Below are positions 51,247-63,564 of a stretch of DNA of 64,000 nt, piece by piece. Source of the DNA: Octopus bimaculoides (lineage: Eukaryota); the NCBI RefSeq assembly GCF_001194135.2, contig NC_068994.1, positions 24,494,944-24,558,943 on the forward strand, given 5' to 3'. A program made the translations under genes and the position numbers. Under the pieces are notes generated by a model that made no database searches, was not told the origin of the DNA, and saw only the letters and a list, made by a program, of their open reading frames with translations. Every line of letters begins with the position of its first letter. Positions within the stretch are counted from its first letter, which is position 1.

Positions 51247-52438
51247 CAAGGTCTGACCAGTAAGTATCTGGACTGGTGCTATAAAAAACAAAACTACAAC
51301 ACGTACCGATTTGGCATTTAATTTCTTTCAAAGTAGTCACACACTTAATCTAGCGCCGTTTCCATTGATGGAAGCATTCCTGGAACTCATTTTCTGGGAT
51401 AATCAGCAGCTGCCTCATCATATTCTTCCCTTCAAGTGGGATTTGATATTTTGAAAGAGGAAAAAGTCTCAAGGGGGCGAGATCTGGGGAATGCTGTGCC
51501 TAGCCAAAAACTGCTGCGCTGAATAGAAATGCATTGTCATGGTGCAATTACCACTCACCAGACACATGTAGTCATGGCCTTTTCCAATGAATAGCATCAC
51601 GGCTAGTACTCCTTGTTTACTGTCTGACCAGGTGGAGCATACTCATGATGAACCCTTGTAGTCAAAAAAAAAACGGTCAACAGTGTCTTCACATTGCTTT
51701 TATTTATTTTTGCTTTTGGTTTTTGAGATGTTGGAGTCTTCCACTGCGAAGACAGCCTTTGTCTCAGGGTCATAGCCATAGATTCACAATTCATCACCCA
51801 TTATAACCGTTTCCAAAAAGTTTTCATTGTTTTTGACACAATCAAGGAGATCTTGTGCAACTAAAACCCAAGTGTCTTTTTGGTCAGCTGAAAGCAGTTT
51901 TGGCACAAACTTAGCAGACACCTACTCCCTACCCAAATCTTCAATGATAATGAACTGAACTATAACTAATCTGCACATCTGATAACTCACGGATGCTGAT
52001 TCAACAACTTCTCTTCACAGCTGCATGCACATTTGCGATGTTTTTTTCAGTTCTGCTGGTTGCAGGTCTCCAAGAACATTCATTACTGTCAACATTTTTT
52101 CGGCCATCTTGGAAACATCTGAACCACTTGTGTGCAACTCATACACTTCTCTCCATATGCTTTCTGCAACTTTGTGTAGGCCTCTGAGCAGGTATTGCCA
52201 AATGACAAAAGTTGATGCAGAATCTCTGCTCAACTTACTCTGTCATGGTCAATGTGACGATCACATGCTACACATGTTCCTTCTAAGCACTGCTGTAAAC
52301 AGCAGACATGACCTAGAACATTAAAACTTCGTGTGCATATACAGCAGAGTTGAAGATCAATCTGTGCCAAGCAGCTTTACTGTGTGCTTTAGTTTTGTTA
52401 CTATGGCAACAGTCCGGATACTTATTGATCAGATCGCG
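51247..52438 (-). mobile_element. Decayed mariner transposon with both TIRs
   Basis: ~29-bp TIRs CAAGGTCTGACCAGTAAGTATCTGGACTG / CAGTCCGGATACTTATTGATCAGATCGCG, TA on both sides. SSQWKTP...KSNVKTLLTVFF...VHHEYAPPGQTVNKEY matches mariner transposase. Confidence 0.9.
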
Positions 52439-52675
52439 TACATGAAAAAGCATATAAATTATAAAATAGTATCACTAAGAACTTTCTACAAATAAATGTA
52501 ATAGTGAATATATATGATTGATAAATTAATAGTAACAGCAATAATGATTAAGTAATAGATATATAATTAAAAAAATTAATGACTATGTTTTACTAATAAT
52601 GAAGAAAACAATATTCTTATATGTTAAAAATAGTGGAATGGAATGGGAGAGATTTGTAATGCATGGAATGGGCTA

Positions 52676-53040
52676 GTTTATTCTTTTACTTGTTTCAGTC
52701 ATTTGACTGCAGCCATGCTGAAGCACTGCCTTTGGTTGAAGAAATGAACCCCAGGACTTATTCTTTGTTAGCCTAGTACTCATTCTATTAGTCGCTTTTG
52801 CCGAACCGCTAAGTTTCAAGGATGTGAACACACCAGTTGTCAATCGATGGCATGGGAGAGGGGACAAACACAGACACAGAAATAAAGATATATATACATA
52901 TATGACAAGTTTCTTTCAGTCTACCAAATCCACTCACAAAGCTATAGTAGAAGACACTTGCCCAAGGTGTCATGCAGTGGAACTGAACCTGGAACCATGT
53001 GGTTGGGAAGCATGCTTCTTACTACACAGCCATGCCTGCA
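52676..53040 (-). mobile_element. tRNA-headed SINE family A, full length, inverted relative to 50827-51184
   Basis: Reverse complement of the family A consensus. Confidence 0.85.
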
Positions 53041-53779
53041 TCTACTAGTTTAGTAAACATTGTTTGTGTATTAGTACACGTGTAATCATATGCATTTATA
53101 TTAGTTGGGATTTACTGGTTGGCATAGTTTGAAGGATTCAAATGTCTGTAGGTCCTATACTTTCTATGAATGCAAGATGGAGTTTGTTATTTTATTTTTA
53201 AAAATGTCTTTAGAGAATATTTCCAAGCTTTCATATAAGCAAAAATCACATAGTTTTTCAGAGTTGGGTCTAGTTCTGGTGAGGATATTCCGCTAGATGT
53301 TATAAGGAAAAGATTTACTTTTTATGGCATGGATATATTTAGCTAGTGATGTTTGGATAGCTCTGTTGCAATGTCTAAAGGAATAGCTGTGCAAATTAAA
53401 TTAGATATGAACAAGTTTGAAGTGATACCAATATAGACACTGGATAAAGATTTGTCAACAGTAAATTTATAGACTGTGTACTAGCTAAACAGTTCTTGTT
53501 GAGTGGTAAATCATTGGTGCTACTGAGATTGCTGTTGTTAGTAGAAAGGTTTTCACTTGTTTTTTAGCTTGTGAGCATGAGAAGAAGCAATAATCTGTTT
53601 GAAATTTGGAGAAGTCGAATAAGAAATCTTTACTGTATTTTTGGTCGAAAATTTTGCATTATTGATATATTTTATTAACTTTGTCGTCTCCACTTTGCAT
53701 TGGAACATCATTAATAGTAAGTTGAGTTATCATTAAAGATTTTTTTCATTAGGATAAAAAATTTTCCCCAAGTCATATA

Positions 53780-53968
53780 GACTCATGGTGCATAAATTTC
53801 TCCCCCTGTATGGGATGCCAATCCATCACAGGAAATACTCATTTTTGAGTGGACTGGAACAACATGAAATGAAATATTTTGCCCAAGAAGACAATGCATC
53901 ACTTGGTCCAAGAACTGAAACCACAATCTTACAATCATGAGTTCAACACCCTAAGCCATGTGCCTCGA
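53780..53968 (-). mobile_element. Decayed tRNA-headed SINE
   Basis: GAGTGGACTGGAACAACATGAAATGAA..TTTTGCCCAAG body shared with 9095-9388. Confidence 0.45.
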
Positions 53969-54075
53969 CCTCTTTTTCATTAGCTAAAAGATTAAAAACG
54001 TTCTAAAATTTTTCTGGCTAAGCTAGTTATTGTGGATCTATGATAAATGGATGTTCATATATATATATATATATA

Positions 54076-55330
54076 CTAGCAAAAATACCCTGCTTTGCCC
54101 GGGTTAAAGAGAATAATGAAATCTAAAAACGCCGTCTAGACTACGCAACCCTCAACTGTTAGTAGCTACGATACCATATTTCTACATTAATAACTCTCCA
54201 ATCCATGCCAGCATGGAACATAGACATTAAGTGGAATGCCAGTCTCTCATCTAGGAGGGCCTTGAAATCAATGTTACCAACTGGGGACTATGTGTGTCGT
54301 AGTGATAATAAAAAGACCCAAAGGAGGTCTGCAACAAAATAATTTTACTCAACACTTTGCAAGTGAATCAGTGGAGGCAAATATGCGTCTCATTTTCTTG
54401 ACAATTTATGCATCACATTGCAGAAATCACAATGTAAGNNNNNNNNNNNNNNNNNNNNNNNNNNNNNNNNNNNNNNNNNNNNNNNNNNNNNNNNNNNNNN
54501 NNNNNNNNNNNNNNNNNNNNNNNNNNNNNNNNNNNNNNNNNNNNNNNNNNNNNNNNNNNNNNNNNNNNNNNNNNNNNNNNNNNNNNNNNNNNNNNNNNNN
54601 NNNNNNNNNNNNNNNNNNNNNNNNNNNNNNNNNNNNNNNNNNNNNNNNNNNNNNNNNNNNNNNNNNNNNNNNNNNNNNNNNNNNNNNNNNNNNNNNNNNN
54701 NNNNNNNNNNNNNNNNNNNNNNNNNNNNNNNNNNNNNNNNNNNNNNNNNNNNNNNNNNNNNNNNNNNNNNNNNNNNNNNNNNNNNNNNNNNNNNNNNNNN
54801 NNNNNNNNNNNNNNNNNNNNNNNNNNNNNNNNNNNNNNNNNNNNNNNNNNNNNNNNNNNNNNNNNNNNNNNNNNNNNNNNNNNNNNNNNNNNNNNNNNNN
54901 NNNNNNNNNNNNNNNNNNNNNNNNNNNNNNNNNNNNNNNNNNNNNNNNNNNNNNNNNNNNNNNNNNNNNNNNNNNNNNNNNNNNNNNNNNNNNNNNNNNN
55001 NNNNNNNNNNNNNNNNNNNNNNNNNNNNNNNNNNNNNNNNNNNNNGTGATTGTTTCAGTTAGTAGAATAGTTTCATTTTTAAAGTGAAAGTATTTGACAT
55101 GAGTGTTTTTGTTTCACTTTTGACACGTAATACTTAAATAGTGGAGGAGATATTATGTTGCTGTGGGCTCGAACTCTGCAAGAAGTTAAACTTTTTTTTT
55201 GACTAAAACACAACTGGAACCGTAAGTAAGGCATGTGTAAAATTTGAATGAAATTGGTTGCGTAGTTCTCGAGTTTTAGGGATTCACACACACACACACA
55301 CACACACATTCTCATTTTTATATATATAGA
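54076..55330 (-). mobile_element. Non-autonomous Helitron inserted in an (AT)n tract (contains gap 54439-55045)
   Basis: The minus strand starts A|TCTATATATATAAAAATGAGAATG(TG)n and ends CCCGGGCAAAGCAGGG-TATTTTTG-CTAG|T. No TSD. Confidence 0.85.
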
Positions 55331-56051
55331 TAGATATATATATATATATATATATATGTGTAATATAAAGTTTCATTACATTTATCAGATGGGTAATAAA
55401 AGATAAAATTTTAAACTGTCAGATCAAGGAACTTTACAATTTTAATACTTTTTTCAATGATGATACATAAATCATAATTTAAAAAAAAAATTTAAGTAAA
55501 GATTTTCTAAGCCTTTCTAATTCAGAAAGAGAGTAGTTGATGACTGTGAAGAGAGAGTTATCATGTTGTAGTTGCTGCCTAATCACAAAAATTTGCATTT
55601 AGTTCAAATAAGATAAATATTCCATCTAAATTATCTGAGCTGAGTTTGGTTAGCTCATAGTGAGTGATATCAAAATTATATCCAGATTTTCAATTCCAAT
55701 AATCAACATTGAAGGATAGAATTGCACTTTTAACTGCTAAAATAATACCTGTCTGTCATGCTTAAAGGGGAGATCATTCTAGTGAAGATAAAGACTTTCT
55801 TAAGGAGTATTGAAGCATGCTTTGCATGATGCGTATCATAATGAAACAACTAACTGTTGAGTACAATTAAACTATGGATTATGTAAAATTTAGGCCTTTA
55901 ATGTTGTGTGTGTGTGTGTATATATATTTCCACAACTATTAAATGATTCAGTTTAGCCTTTTATCTTTTCAAGATTTGTAAAATAAGTGAAGTAATAATT
56001 ATAATAAATTATTATAGCTAAGATTTATAACTAATTTCATTATTGATTTCC

Positions 56052-56260
56052 AGTTTTGGCATACAGCCAGCAAGTTAGGGGGAGAGGGTAAGTCAATTAT
56101 GTTGACCCCAGTACTAAACTAGTACTTATTTTAACAACCCTGAAAGGATGAAAGGCAAAGTCAGCCTCAGCAGCATTTGAACTCAGAACATAAAGACAGA
56201 CAAAATAAAGCTAACCATTTTACTAAATATGCTAATGATTCTGCTAATTTGCTGCCTTGA
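56052..56260 (-). mobile_element. tRNA-headed SINE family B, older copy
   Basis: GAAAGGATGAAAGGCAAAGTC core shared with 47542-47773. Confidence 0.7.
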
Positions 56261-56749
56261 ACTGTTCTAATAATTAAAAAGGAAAAAATATATATGAATT
56301 GAAAGGAGAAATAATGTGCATACATTCAAGAGGCTTCCAATTATACCCAGCTGTTTTACCATTGCTATTTATATACATTTCACTGCATTGATAGTGTTCA
56401 AAATACATTTACTATATTATCAGAAAAAGAATTTTTCTTGTGATAATTACAAACTCCTGTTGCAGCAAGTCTAACTGGCTATCTTGGTAGTGATATTATA
56501 ACACGATTACTTACATATTGTTCCTTCTTGTCAATATTTCTATTTTTCTAAACTTTCATTTAAAGCATTAATAAAGACATTTCACTCAAATATGTTTTCT
56601 ACATTTTGATTTTCATAATTTTAGTAAACTTACTAAAATCTGTTGGTGTGACTGTGTGGGAGGAAGTTTGCTTTCCTACCATGAGGTTCAAGTTCAGTCC
56701 CACTGCATGAACATGCACCTACAATTTCCATCCCCACCCTGTAATTTCT

Positions 56750-57160
56750 AAAACCCTACCAGCTGCCCTCTAGGCACATTCTGCCTTTTAAGGGATGTAG
56801 TCTATATAGCCGCCCTAACACCATTCAGTGGCATCACAAGGCACGACAGGGATATGACAGTCAATACTTCAAGGGAAGGTACACGCAGCAGATGCATTTG
56901 CTTAAATGCTGGGATAGATAGAATTCCTCTCTTTGTCGCGTTACCTCTGGAGACTTCACAACCTCTAGAATGAAACCCCCAACATCAAATGGACCATCAT
57001 CAACAGGGCCCCACCTTACCCTGCACCCACAATTGCCAACTCTCCACAAAAGACTGCACATTCTCAACCAACCTGCACTATCAACAGGAAATATGAACCA
57101 TCTTATCGCAGCCATCAGAAGTACACCCTCCTAGTAAACTTCAAACCACTGCCTCCCCAC
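56750..57160 (+). mobile_element. Probable Penelope-like element C-terminal remnant
   Basis: Frameshifted CPLG.FCLLRDVVY.A ... NIKWTII.RAPPY ... CQL ... HQKYTLLVNFK, resembling PLE GIY-YIG C-termini. Confidence 0.5.
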
Positions 57161-57721
57161 AACCAAGGATAGGGTTTCTAATGACTGATGTTTATGCAGA
57201 ACACAGGCTGAGTTTAGCCTTATGCATCCCCCGTAACTCCCTACGCTCGTCTCCATATACATGGTTGTGTGCACACACATCCGTTTATGTAAGTATACTT
57301 TTCCTTTTTTTATCCCCCTAACATCACTAAACCTCGATCCAACATGAAATTTCCACTCGACTCCGCCTTCCCAGCAACGTTGTTGCAACCACACTAACAC
57401 ACATCTGTCTTGTTTGCACACATAAATACCAAAAGCATGAATATATATATATAAAGTAAAATTTAATGGCTGTCCTGTAAGGGACGTTACTGTTTATTGG
57501 TCCCAAGAAACATCGATTCTAGCTGGCTATTCAACACATTATCTGTGTCCTTATATTTTCGAACCAGGCATCCAGTATCCCCGCCCCAGCACAAAACAAC
57601 ATCTGTAGACTTGTTCCAGGATTATTGCTCTTCATCAACAAAGAGTAGCTGCATTGCCGAATTCACGGTTCGAACATATAGATTTCAACGTGACTCACAG
57701 GCATTAATCTATAAATAGAAA

Positions 57722-57986
57722 GAGTATTATTTTTAAATCTCTCAGAGAGAGACATACAGTAACATTTCTTTAAAGTAAAATTTAATTGCCAATATAATAT
57801 GGCTGTCCTGTAAGGGACGTTGTTACTATTTATTAACCCCAAGAGATATCGTTTTCAACGTGACACACAGACACTGATAAACAGTAACAACTTCCCTTAC
57901 AGGACAGCCATATTATGTTGGCAATTAAATTTTACTTTAAAAAAATGTTACTGTATGTTCCTCTGAGAGATTTAGAAATAATACTA
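57722..57986. repeat. Inverted repeat with ~105-bp arms and ~50-bp loop (MITE-like)
   Basis: 57722-57830 is the near-exact reverse complement of ~57880-57986. A direct partial copy lies at ~57453-57500. Confidence 0.85.
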
Positions 57987-58192
57987 CTTNNNNNNNNNNN
58001 NNNNNNNNNNNNNNNNNNNNNNNNNNNNNNNNNNNNNNNNNNNNNNNNNNNNNNNNNNNNNNNNNNNNNNNNNNNNNNNNNNNNNNNNNNNNNNNNNNNN
58101 NNNNNNNNNNNNNNNNNNNNNNNNNNNNNNNNNNNNNNNNNNNNNNNNNNNNNNNNNNNNNNNNNNNNNNNNNNNNNNNNNNNNNNNNNNNN

Positions 58193-61100
58193 ACTTATAG
58201 AACCTACAATTGTTTCCATGTCCAATCAATACAGATTAGAAAAATTGAATTAAAGATTCATATTGAATTATAACTAACATTTCGTCAGGGTCAGAACTTG
58301 ATCGAAAAAAGAACTACATCCTAATGTGTTGATATATCCTTGGTAAACTCAGCATTAAATTCAGATATGCACGCTTCTGCATTCTAATGTATTAAAGAAC
58401 CCCCCCCCCCACCGTTAATTGCGTATATGCATCTTTGTTTTAATTTATTCTTACGCCTGCGTTTGTTAATGTGCTGAAAAACAAAGGAGCCGTTAGGTTG
58501 CCTAAACGATATTTTCATACAATTAATTGTAATTAAAAACTTTTATTCCTAATTTTCAATATTACTTGTGAGAGTACGAAATATCAGCAAAGTTTTTTAA
58601 TCACTTAAGAATTTTGTTGCAACTCACCTAGTTATAGCCTCTAATATTAATGATTAAATACTATTTTAAAAAATTTTTATAATTTAAAACATAAATCATA
58701 GTTACTTTAACTATGTACCACATGACCATAACGAAATTCAGCCTGTTTACATAGCACGGTAGCTTTATATTATATCAACAAGACTGCACAATTATTTTCT
58801 AAATTTCTTGGTTATAATCGTTAGTATTAACAATTAAATACTAATTTATTTAACATAATTTAAATCATAAATATATCTACTGTCTACTGCGTACTACGTG
58901 ACGATGACGAATTCAAACTGTTTACTATTTACCATAGTTGTACATTACGTATTCGAGATTTGTGTACAATTTTTTTTTTGTTATAATAATGAGGAAAAGA
59001 TACATACGATTACAACTGAGGAATACATTAACATTAATATAATCAAACTTAATAAATTTAATCCTTTATCTAATTAATGCATAATATTTTTTACTTTGAT
59101 ATTATTTATTATTTTAATTATAATTTTCCTAAGATACGTATTTATATATTTCTAGGGTAACTCTTAAATACATATTCACAGGCGTGAGCACAGGATAATC
59201 CACCCTCCTTTTTGGAGTTAAGAAGCTTACGTTTAGAAGTTAAAATCTGAAATAATTCTTCAACACAAAAATTACGATTCGCATCTCCAATTTTATGGGC
59301 GTTGGCATGGCTTATTATTTCTCACTCTATACTACATTTTTCATTCTTGTCCTTCAAGTCCCCAATATATACTTTCATTTTTATTCTTATTTCTATTTTC
59401 GTTTATAGAATTACATTCACTATTATTATTGTTCATACCGTTAGTCTTTAGGTTAAGATGGGTTCCAACGGGGAATGGTTCCCTTTGTACATTAGAAGGT
59501 TTATTAGTATATTCTTTTCTATCGTTATCACCTATGTTGTTCTGCAAAATATTAGTATTACATTTATTATTGTTATTATTATTATTATAGAAATCAGTTA
59601 ATTTCCTATTGTTAAGTGAAGATATAATTTGGAAAACATTTCTAGAAACAGAATGTTATTTTTATTCTTTTTGGGTCCTTTAAATCTTTTGTATAGCATA
59701 GAGTAGGAAATAGTAAGCCATGCCAAACCTTATAAAATTGGAGATACAAATTGTAATCTTTTTGTTAAAGAATTTTTTCAGATTTTAACTTCTAAACGTA
59801 AACTTCTTAACACCAAAAAGGAGGGTGGATTATCCTGTGTTCACGCATGTAAATATGTATTTAAGAATTACCATTAAAATAAAATGAAAACGTTACTAAA
59901 ACTATCTTAGAAATTGATTATCTAGAAATACATAAATACGTATCTTAGGAAAATTATAATTTATAATTAAAATAATAATATTAAAGTAAAAAACGCTACG
60001 TATTAATTAGATAATGAATTAGATTTATCAATTTTGATTATATTAATGTTAATGTATTCCTCAATTCTAATCGTATGTATCTTTTTCTCATTATTATAAT
60101 GAAAAAGAATATATTGTGCACAAATCTTGAATGGCTAGTAGGGAACGACCGTGCGAACTCAAAAAGGAGAAATGGTGACGAATGGAAAAAACAGAGGACT
60201 CCTTTTATTTAAACGCGTCACACGGTCGAACACAAAATTATATATATCAAAGATGATATACAAATAATATGTTATGCTACGATAACATAGATGACCAGTA
60301 ATGAAAGACCACAACCGTATTAGATGAATAACAGAAATATTTATTGTAGCGTTAAAGATGTATGTCTGTGTGTGAGTGTGAATGCGACATATAAGAACAT
60401 AATCAAAGACAGGCCGTCGTACAAAAAAAAGTATGCATGTGAGTGATACATGTGTGTGTGTGTGAGTTATTACAGCAGATGGAAAGAGAGTCAATAACAC
60501 GTGAGCAATTATACCAGTTCTTTAGTACACAATAGTATGAGTCTGTATGTGAAGTGAGTTGGCTGTGTGTGGCAGAGCTGATCACTAGTTGTGATGTCGT
60601 GGCATCGATGCCGGGCCGTGATTCTTGTTATACAGATGTTCGTCGCTGGCTGAGATCTCTTGTCTGTTTATTATCGTGGTGANNNNNNNNNNNNNNNNNN
60701 NNNNNNNNNNNNNNNNNNNNNNNNNNNNNNNNNNNNNNNNNNNNNNNNNNNNNNNNNNNNNNNNNNNNNNNNNNNNNNNNNNNNNNNNNNNNNNNNNNNN
60801 NNNNNNNNNNNNNNNNNNNNNNNNNNNNNNNNNNNNNNNNNNNNNNNNNNNNNNNNNNNNNNNNNNNNNNNNNNNNNNNNNNNNNNNNNNNNATTGTTGC
60901 TGCTGCTGTCGTGTGGTACACGGAACAGATCTCAAAGAGAAACTGGACCGAGACAAATTTGCTGGGTATGAGTTGATCTATTTAAGGCGTTAAGGGGGCT
61001 CCCTGACGGTGATAGAAAAACACTATCACGTGACCTTATTAAGGGCTGTGATTGGTCAGTTTGCGTTCTGGCGGGAACGGTTCGAAGAAGTTGCCGATTC

Positions 61101-61998
61101 GAATAATGATCAGTCACGTGATGACAAGGTTGATGTTTTCCGCTACGTCCGCGTTTGTTTATATTTAAATGAGAAGAATGGCGATAGCAGTTTTGTATCT
61201 AATGGCGGTAGGTAGTTTCACTACACACCTATGGCAAATAGTAAACAGTTTGAATTCGTCATCGTCATGTAGTACGCAGTAGAGAGTAGATATATTTATG
61301 ATTTAAATTATGTTAAATAAATTAGTATTTAATTGTTAATACTAACAATTATAGCCAAGAAATTTAGAAAATAATTCTTAGTGGATAAAATTAAAAAAAT
61401 ATATTGTGCAGTCTTGTTGATATAATATAAAGCTACCGTGTTATGTAAACAGACTGAATTTCGTTATGGTCATGTGGTACATAGTTAGAGTAACTATGAT
61501 TTATGTTTTAAATTATAAAAATAAGAAATTAGTATTTAATTATTAATATTAGAGGTTATAACTAGGTGACTTACAATAAAATTCTTAAGTGATTAAAAAA
61601 CTTTGCTGACATTTCGTACTCTCACAAGTAATATTGAAAACTAGGAATAAAAGTTTTTAATTACAATTAACTGTATGAAAATAACGTTTAGACAACCTAA
61701 CGGCTCCTTTGTTTTTCAGCACATTAACAAATGCAGGCGTAAAAATAAATTAAAACAAAGTTGCATATACACAATTAACAGAGTTCTTTTTAATACATTA
61801 GAATTCAGAACCGTGCGTATCTGAATTTAATGCTGAGTCTACCAAAGATACATCAACATATTAGGATGTAGTTCCTTTTTCGATCAAGTTCTGACCCTGA
61901 CGAAGTGTTCAATTAATTATTTTTCAATATGAATCTTTAATTTAATTTTTGCTAATTTGTATTGATTGGACATGGAAACAATTGTAGGTTCTATGAGT
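58193..61998. repeat. Giant inverted repeat: left arm 58193-59336; right arm split into 59695-60133 and 61229-61998
   Basis: Colinear reverse-complement match along the whole length (e.g. GTCAGGGTCAGAACTTGATCGAAAAA vs TTTTTCGATCAAGTTCTGACCCTGAC), with scattered substitutions and indels. Confidence 0.9.
60940..61215. promoter_or_regulatory. CpG-rich promoter-like segment
   Basis: Two GTCACGTGA E-boxes (61026-61034 on -, 61113-61121 on +), CCAAT on - (61051-61055), two AATGGCG YY1-like motifs (61177, 61201), TTAAATAG on - (60978-60985). CpG density is far above the flanks. Confidence 0.45.
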
Positions 61999-62077
61999 TT
62001 GATATTGTTCGAAATTGGATTTGTTTCAATAAATTGATGTTTATATGTCAATTTCTCCATGTTCCTTTTATTATACA

Positions 62078-63434
62078 CTAGCAGTATAGCCCAGCTTTGC
62101 CCGGTAGGATTATTAAGCTAATCAAGTTCTTTATTTCAAACCAAACTAAGTAGCATCGATGTCAAATTTGGGCAGAATCAGTGTCGCAACGGGAACGCAT
62201 GGGTTGGGAGATTGATCGGCAGAGGTCACTGATAATAACTACAGAAATCAACAGTATGGCAAACGGGCTAAGACAATCTCTCAGCATACATTCAAGTATT
62301 TGGACTCACCTGGACCAGTTTCTGGACTGGCATAATAGCCTCACCTTCCTCAGCACGGGTTACCATGAAGGAAAGCCCCAACCCGTCGTGTTGAAGTCTG
62401 TGCTGCAACTGATTCATTTTACGCCGAATCCTGGCAGCTACCAGTGTGAAAATGATTTCAATACGGACCAAATAATTCACGAGAAAATATTTGTGAAGAC
62501 ATCATTGACTCTATTATTATCTGATGTAATAATTTTAAAATGATAACAGAATCAATAAAATAGGCGATTGCAGGCCCCGAAAATGCATTAAATAGCTAAA
62601 AGATTAAAATTAATCAAAAGTCATACGAAGTATGTCTACCTGCTGGAAATAACAGTGAAAATTTTTATTTAAATCGTCAGAATACACTGACAATAACTAC
62701 AGAAATCAACCGTCTGAAGGCTAACGGTCTGAGACAATCTCTCAGCATACATCCAAGTATTTGGGCACACGTGAACCAGTTTTTGGACCGGCCTCACCTT
62801 CTTCAGCACGCGTTACCATGATGGAGAGCCCCAACTCTTCGCGTTGAAGTTTGCACTGCAACTGATTCGTTTTGCGTCAAATCCTGGCAGCCACCAGTGT
62901 GAAAATAATTTTAATACGGAGCAAATAATTCACGAAAAATGTGTATTTTGACGATTTATATAAGAGCTGAATTATTTGCTCCGTACTGAAATTATTTTCA
63001 CACTCGTGGCTGCCAGGATTCGGCGCAAAATGAATCAGTTGCAGCACAGACTTCAACGCGAAGGGTTGGGGCTCTCCATCATGATAACCCGTGCTGAGGA
63101 AGGTGAGGCTATTATGCCAGTCCAGAAACTGGTCCACATATGTCCAAATATTTGGATGTATGCTGAGATATTGTCCTAGCCCGTTTGCCTTCAGACAGTT
63201 GATTTCTGTAGTTATTATCAGTGTATTTTGGCGATTTAAATAAGTGATTTGTCTGTTATTTCCAGCAGATAGACGTACTTAGTATGTCCTTTGATTAATT
63301 TTAATCTGTCAGTTATTTAATGCTTTTTGGGGGCTTGCAATCTATTGATTCTATTATTATCATTTTAAAATTGTTACACTAAATAATAATAGAGTCAATG
63401 ATATCTTCACAAATATTTTCTCGTGAATTATTTG
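62078..63434 (-). mobile_element. Helitron-like 3' end followed by ~455-bp units in direct and inverted arrangement
   Basis: The minus strand ends CCGGGCAAAGCTGGGCTATACTG-CTAG|T at 62078. Direct unit 62225-62482; palindrome arms 62469-62932 / 62968-63434. 5' end not identified. Confidence 0.65.
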
Positions 63435-63564
63435 CCCTCGCCTAATTATTTCACGGATATTAAAGGTGTGTCAGCATCCAAGTTCCACAGTTTTATCCAG
63501 TGTATCAGTGAAATACTAAAAGACGTTAGCTTCACATTGATGGATATGGGTATGTTACCATTTA

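Noticed and set aside
62181-63179. ORFs of 62-120 aa repeated on both strands
   Set aside because: They are translations of the direct and inverted repeat units, with no recognisable domain and inconsistent frames among copies.
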